Of a stretch of 64,000 nt of DNA, positions 60,391-64,000 are shown piece after piece. This DNA comes from Alphaproteobacteria bacterium (GTDB taxonomy: Bacteria > Pseudomonadota > Alphaproteobacteria > CALMVH01). How positions within the stretch are numbered: the first letter of the stretch is position 1; the number at the start of each line of letters is the position of its first letter. A program made the translations under genes and the position numbers. The stretch covers positions 128,884 to 192,883 of the forward strand of contig CBDAQV010000004.1 of the NCBI GenBank assembly GCA_965199265.1, written 5' to 3'. The notes beneath the pieces were generated by a model. That model ran no database searches. It was not told where the DNA came from and was given only the letters and a program-made list of their open reading frames with translations.

Positions 60391-60699
60391 ATGGCCAACT
60401 ATAACCGCTCGTCGCTGATCTTGTCGGTGAACCGAGCCCTATGGGGCAAAGTCACGGCAAATCTGCGTCAGGTCACGGCTACCGTCGCGCACGGCGCGCT
60501 TTATGTACAGGCGGTATTCGATGCCGAGCCGTCTAAAGCCGACACGCGGATCGTCGATGAGGTGGGCGCGAAGGCGGTATCGGATTTTCCGGAACTGAAA
60601 TTGATCGTGGAAGCGCTCGGAAAAGCCTCGGCGGAACCGCTGGAGGTCGGCCAAGGGTGGAGTCAGGTGTTCCGGCGCCAGGAAGATCGGTTATCCTGA
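60391..60699 (+). CDS. hypothetical protein (102 aa)
   Basis: This ORF runs from the ATG at 60391 with moderate GC. No family was recognised. It is convergent with parD and terminates at the palindrome CCTGAACC/GGTTCAGG. Confidence 0.35.
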   Translation: MANYNRSSLILSVNRALWGKVTANLRQVTATVAHGALYVQAVFDAEPSKADTRIVDEVGAKAVSDFPELKLIVEALGKASAEPLEVGQGWSQVFRRQEDRLS

Positions 60700-60727
60700 A
60701 CCAGGTTCAGGATGACGAAATTACAAG

Positions 60728-60967
60728 CTATACCCGCTTTCGGAACTCTTCGCCGGTCCGGCGCAGCCAATCCCTGGCCGAGGCGCTCTCCTCCGAGCCG
60801 TCATCGATCATGTGTTTCAGCGCATGCAAGGCCGCGTTGCGCTGCTCGTCCGCCAAAAGCGTGCTGCGCAACGCCTCGACCACGATCTCCTCCGCACTGC
60901 CGTAGCGGCCGCTTGCCAGCTTGCGGGCGATCAGCGTTTCCAGTTCGGGGGGCAGGCTCAATTCCAT
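60728..60967 (-). CDS. parD: type II toxin-antitoxin system ParD-family antitoxin (ribbon-helix-helix), apparently orphan
   Basis: MELSLPPELETLIARKLASGRYGSAEEIVVEALRS matches the ParD/COG3609 N-terminal signature. No ParE-like ORF is found downstream. Confidence 0.6.
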   Translation of the reverse strand: MELSLPPELETLIARKLASGRYGSAEEIVVEALRSTLLADEQRNAALHALKHMIDDGSEESASARDWLRRTGEEFRKRV

Positions 60968-61041
60968 TCCGGTCTCCAGCGTGAAGCCCGGTATAGGACG
61001 AGGGTCGTTTAAATCGCGTTATCGCCGCGTGAATTCGACGG

Positions 61042-62839
61042 TCAGACCCGGCGCGCGAACAGTCTTTCGATGTCGACGAGGTCGAGAGCGATGTAGGTCG
61101 GTCGGCCATGGTTGCACTGCCCCGAGCCGGGCGTTCCCTCCATCTGGCGCAGCAGCCCGTTCATCTCGTCGATGCTGAGCCGCCGCCCGGCGCGCACCGA
61201 GCCATGGCAGGCAAGGGTCGCCAGCACGGAGTCCAGCCGTTCGCGCAGCATTTCGGGGGTGCCGCATTCGCAGGCCTGGTCGGCAAGGTCGCGCACCAGC
61301 GCCATCACGTCTGCCCCTGCCAGCGGCGCGGGAATGCCGCGCACCGCGACCGCGCCGGGTCCGAAGCGCTCGATGTCGAGGCCGAGCTTGAGCAGTTCTT
61401 CCTCCAGCGGCAGCAGCGCGTCGGCACTGCGCGCGTCGAGCGGGACTATTTCAGGGATCAGCATGCCCTGCATGGGAACGCCCCCGGCGGCATAGCCCGC
61501 TTTCATCCGCTCGTAGACCAGGCGTTCATGCGCGGCATGCTGGTCGATCAGCACGATTCCCTCCTCGGTCTGCGCGACAATATAGGTCTCGTGCAACTGC
61601 GCCCGCGCGGCACCCAAGGGGAATCGGGCTGGCAGAGACGGTTCGGACTCCGGCTCCGTCGCCGCGCTCGCGGCAGGTTCCATCGTCTCGCGGAAACTCG
61701 TTTGCCCTTCGGCGAAGTAAGTGGCCGGGTTAGGCCGCCACGACGGCAGGCGCGACGGCGATCCCAGCGGCTGGCCCGTCCGGAAAGCGGCGAGGGTGCG
61801 CTCGCCAAGGCTGGACGAGCTGCGGGTCGATGTCTCGTTCAGCGCCGCTCTCAACGCGCCTACGATCAGGCCGCGCACGCCGCCGGCATCGCGGAAGCGC
61901 ACTTCGGCCTTGGCGGGGTGGACGTTCACGTCGACGAGGTCGGGCGGCAGCTCGAGGAACAGTGCCAGCATCGGATGCCGCCCGTGCATCAGCAGGTCGC
62001 CATACCCGGCGCGCACCGCGCCCAGCAGCAGCCGGTCGCGCACGGGCCGCCCGTTGACGTACAGCCATTGCCACGCCGCCGTCGGCCGGTGCAGCGTCGG
62101 CAGCCCGGCATAACCATCGAGGCCGGTCTCGCCGCGCCGCGCGTCCACCTTCACGGCGTTGTCGAGAAAATCGCTGCCGTAGATAGCGGCGATGCGCGGC
62201 AGCCGCGCGTCTAGAAGGTCGCCCGCTTCGGCGGCCAGCGTCATCGCCGGCCTGCCGTCGTCGACCAGGGCGAAGGCAATGCGCGGATGCGCCGCGGCCA
62301 GCCGCTCCACGGCCTCGCGCACATGACCGGCCTCCGTGCGCGGCTGCTTCAGGAATTTCAAGCGCGCCGGCGTCGCCTGGAACAGCTCGCGCACCTCGAC
62401 GCGCGTGCCTTGGCGCAGCGCCGCCGGTTTTTGCGGCAGCTTGCGCCCGGCGTTCACCTCGAGCAGCCACGAATCCGCCGCGCCGGACAGCCGGCTTTCG
62501 ATGGTAAGCCGCGCGACCGAGCCGATCGAAGGCAACGCTTCCCCCCCGGAAGCCGAAGGTCAGGATGGTTTCCAGATCGCCGTCCGGCAGCTTGGACGTG
62601 GCGTGGCGCTCGACGGCAAGGTCTAGGTCCTCCGGACCCATGCCGCGCCCGTTATCGGTTACCGAGATCAGTCGCTGGCCGCCATCCTCGATCGCGATCT
62701 CGATCCGGCTTGCGCCCGCGTCGATTGCGTTCTCCACAAGTTCCTTGACCGCAGCAGCGGGGCGTTCGATCACCTCGCCGGCGGCGATGCGGTTGACCAA
62801 CGTTTCCGGCAGGCGGCGGATGGCGTGTACGATGGTCAT
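61042..62839 (-). pseudogene. mutL: DNA mismatch repair protein MutL, interrupted by +1 frameshift in a G7/C7 run at ~62541-62547 (sequencing error or genuine inactivation)
   Basis: The N-terminal ORF (to 62839) carries the GHKL motifs ([30 protein letters not shown]) and ends ...TFGFRG. The continuation [17 protein letters not shown]... is in ORF 61042..62535. Removing one G restores [13 protein letters not shown]. Confidence 0.85.
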
Positions 62840-63663
62840 GGCGGTATTGGACCAGCCTCGGCCGGCGCATGCAAGGCTTGGCCGACCTTGAGCGCCTGGA
62901 CGGTTTCGGCAACGTCGTGAACGCGCACGATGTCGGCGCCGCGCTCGGCGGCGAACAGCGCGGCGGCCAGCGACCCGCCCAGCCGTCGTGTCGGCGGCTC
63001 GCCCCCGGACAGGCGCGCGACGAACTGCTTGCGCGACACGCCGACCAGCAGCCCGGTGCCGAGCGCCTTGAACGCCGGCAGGCCGTGCAACAGGGCAAGG
63101 TTGTGCTCCAGGCTCTTGCCAAAGCCGATTCCGGGATCGACGATCAGGCGGCCGCGCGCGATCCCGGCGGCTTCACACGCGTCGATGCGGTGCTGCAGCC
63201 AGTCGCGCACTTCGGCCACGACGTCGACGTAAGTCGGGCTCGCCTGCATCGTCTCCGGCGTGCCCTGCATGTGCATCAGCACGATCCGGGCCCCGCTTGC
63301 CGCCACCGTTCGAAGGCTGCGCTCGTCATGGGTCAAGGCGCTGACGTCGTTGACGATGTCGGCGCCCGCGAACAGGGCTGCCTTCATGGTATCGGCATTG
63401 CGCGTGTCGATCGATAGGATCGCCCCCGCTTCGCGCGCCGGGCGCAGCAGGCCGGAGAGCACGGGCATGACGCGCGCGATTTCCTCCTCCGGCTCGATTG
63501 GCCTCGCGCCCGGCCGGGTCGATTCGCCGCCAATATCCAGGATGTCCGCACCGCCGGCCAGCAGCGTCAGCCCATGTTCGATGGCGGCCTGGGGCGAGGC
63601 GTGCAGGCCGCCGTCGGAAAAGCTGTCCGGCGTGACGTTGACGATCCCCATGACCCTGGTCAT
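62836..63663 (-). CDS. folP: dihydropteroate synthase
   Basis: [26 protein letters not shown] and VDPGIGFGK are canonical DHPS motifs. There is an ATGA overlap with mutL. The start is at the ATG at 63663 (MTRVMG). Confidence 0.85.
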   Translation of the reverse strand: MTRVMGIVNVTPDSFSDGGLHASPQAAIEHGLTLLAGGADILDIGGESTRPGARPIEPEEEIARVMPVLSGLLRPAREAGAILSIDTRNADTMKAALFAGADIVNDVSALTHDERSLRTVAASGARIVLMHMQGTPETMQASPTYVDVVAEVRDWLQHRIDACEAAGIARGRLIVDPGIGFGKSLEHNLALLHGLPAFKALGTGLLVGVSRKQFVARLSGGEPPTRRLGGSLAAALFAAERGADIVRVHDVAETVQALKVGQALHAPAEAGPIPP

Positions 63664-64000
63664 TCGAGCGGCTCGGCAAGCTGGTCCGCGGGCAATGCGC
63701 GGATGAGGTCGGTTACGCATTGGCCGCTGACCGGATGCCGCCACCCGGGCGCGACCTCGGCCAGCGGTTTCAGCACGAAAGCGCGATCGGTCGCGCGCGG
63801 GTGCGGCGTCACGGCCCGCGCGTCCGGGGCGCTGATCCGTCCTTCGAAATCGATGAGGTCGAGATCGAGCGTGCGCGGCGCATTGAGCGTTTCGCGGGTA
63901 CGGCCAAACTTTTCTTCGATGCCGTGCAAATGGTCCAGCAGCGCCTCGGGGTCGAGGGTCGTCGCGATTGAAGCGGCGGCGTTTACAAACCAGTCCTGGC
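63660..64000 (-). CDS. folK: 2-amino-4-hydroxy-6-hydroxymethyldihydropteridine pyrophosphokinase (HPPK), 5'-truncated by window end
   Basis: ...LDPEALLDHLHGIEEKFGRTRETLNAPRTLDLDLIDF...PHPRATDRAFVLKPLAEVAP matches the HPPK C-terminal region. The frame stays open to the window edge. Confidence 0.7.
   Translation of the reverse strand, partial: QDWFVNAAASIATTLDPEALLDHLHGIEEKFGRTRETLNAPRTLDLDLIDFEGRISAPDARAVTPHPRATDRAFVLKPLAEVAPGWRHPVSGQCVTDLIRALPADQLAEPLE

Noticed and set aside
60430-60730. ParE toxin partner for the ParD antitoxin in ORF 60439..60654 (-)
   Set aside because: The 71-aa minus-strand ORF in the expected position is Arg-rich with no RelE/ParE fold motifs. It lies inside a better-supported plus-strand ORF.

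Overview
This is a high-GC (~65%) segment of an alphaproteobacterial chromosome carrying mostly housekeeping genes, interrupted by several low-GC acquired islets. The housekeeping content includes a MerR-regulated thiolase plus fused hydroxyacyl-CoA dehydrogenase/enoyl-CoA hydratase beta-oxidation operon and htpG. It also includes a Suv3-like helicase, rnhA-thrB, the gcvT-gcvH-gcvPA-gcvPB glycine cleavage operon, ilvE and chvI-chvG. Further along are an AAC(3)-family acetyltransferase, a glycosyltransferase/lipid-A-disaccharide-synthase-N-domain/adenosine-kinase cluster, the replication-associated gyrB, recF and dnaN, a tRNA-Gln, a DUF1150-hsp20 pair and mutL-folP-folK. Islets of lower GC and unusual content interrupt this backbone. 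The first is a 4-kb insertion between gcvPB and ilvE encoding an MmeI-family Type IIL restriction-modification enzyme translationally coupled to an unknown low-GC protein and preceded by a small RHH-like gene. The second is a cassette of two overlapping P-loop nucleotide kinases plus an unknown protein next to htpG. The third is a low-GC peptidoglycan-hydrolase-like plus periplasmic-protein pair inserted between gyrB and recF. The fourth is a two-ORF cassette flanked by ~68-bp direct repeats. There is also a tandem array of four paralogous acyltransferase-3 genes with a shared C-terminal domain I could not name, three copies of a MITE-like palindromic repeat, and a ~3.1-kb gene for a predicted secreted protein with glycosidase, FG-GAP and RTX-like regions. 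Four genes (htpG, thrB, mutL and a small membrane protein) are interrupted by single-base indels in homopolymer runs. This points to systematic sequencing error or, alternatively, a mismatch-repair-deficient lineage. No rRNA, CRISPR array or transposase was found.
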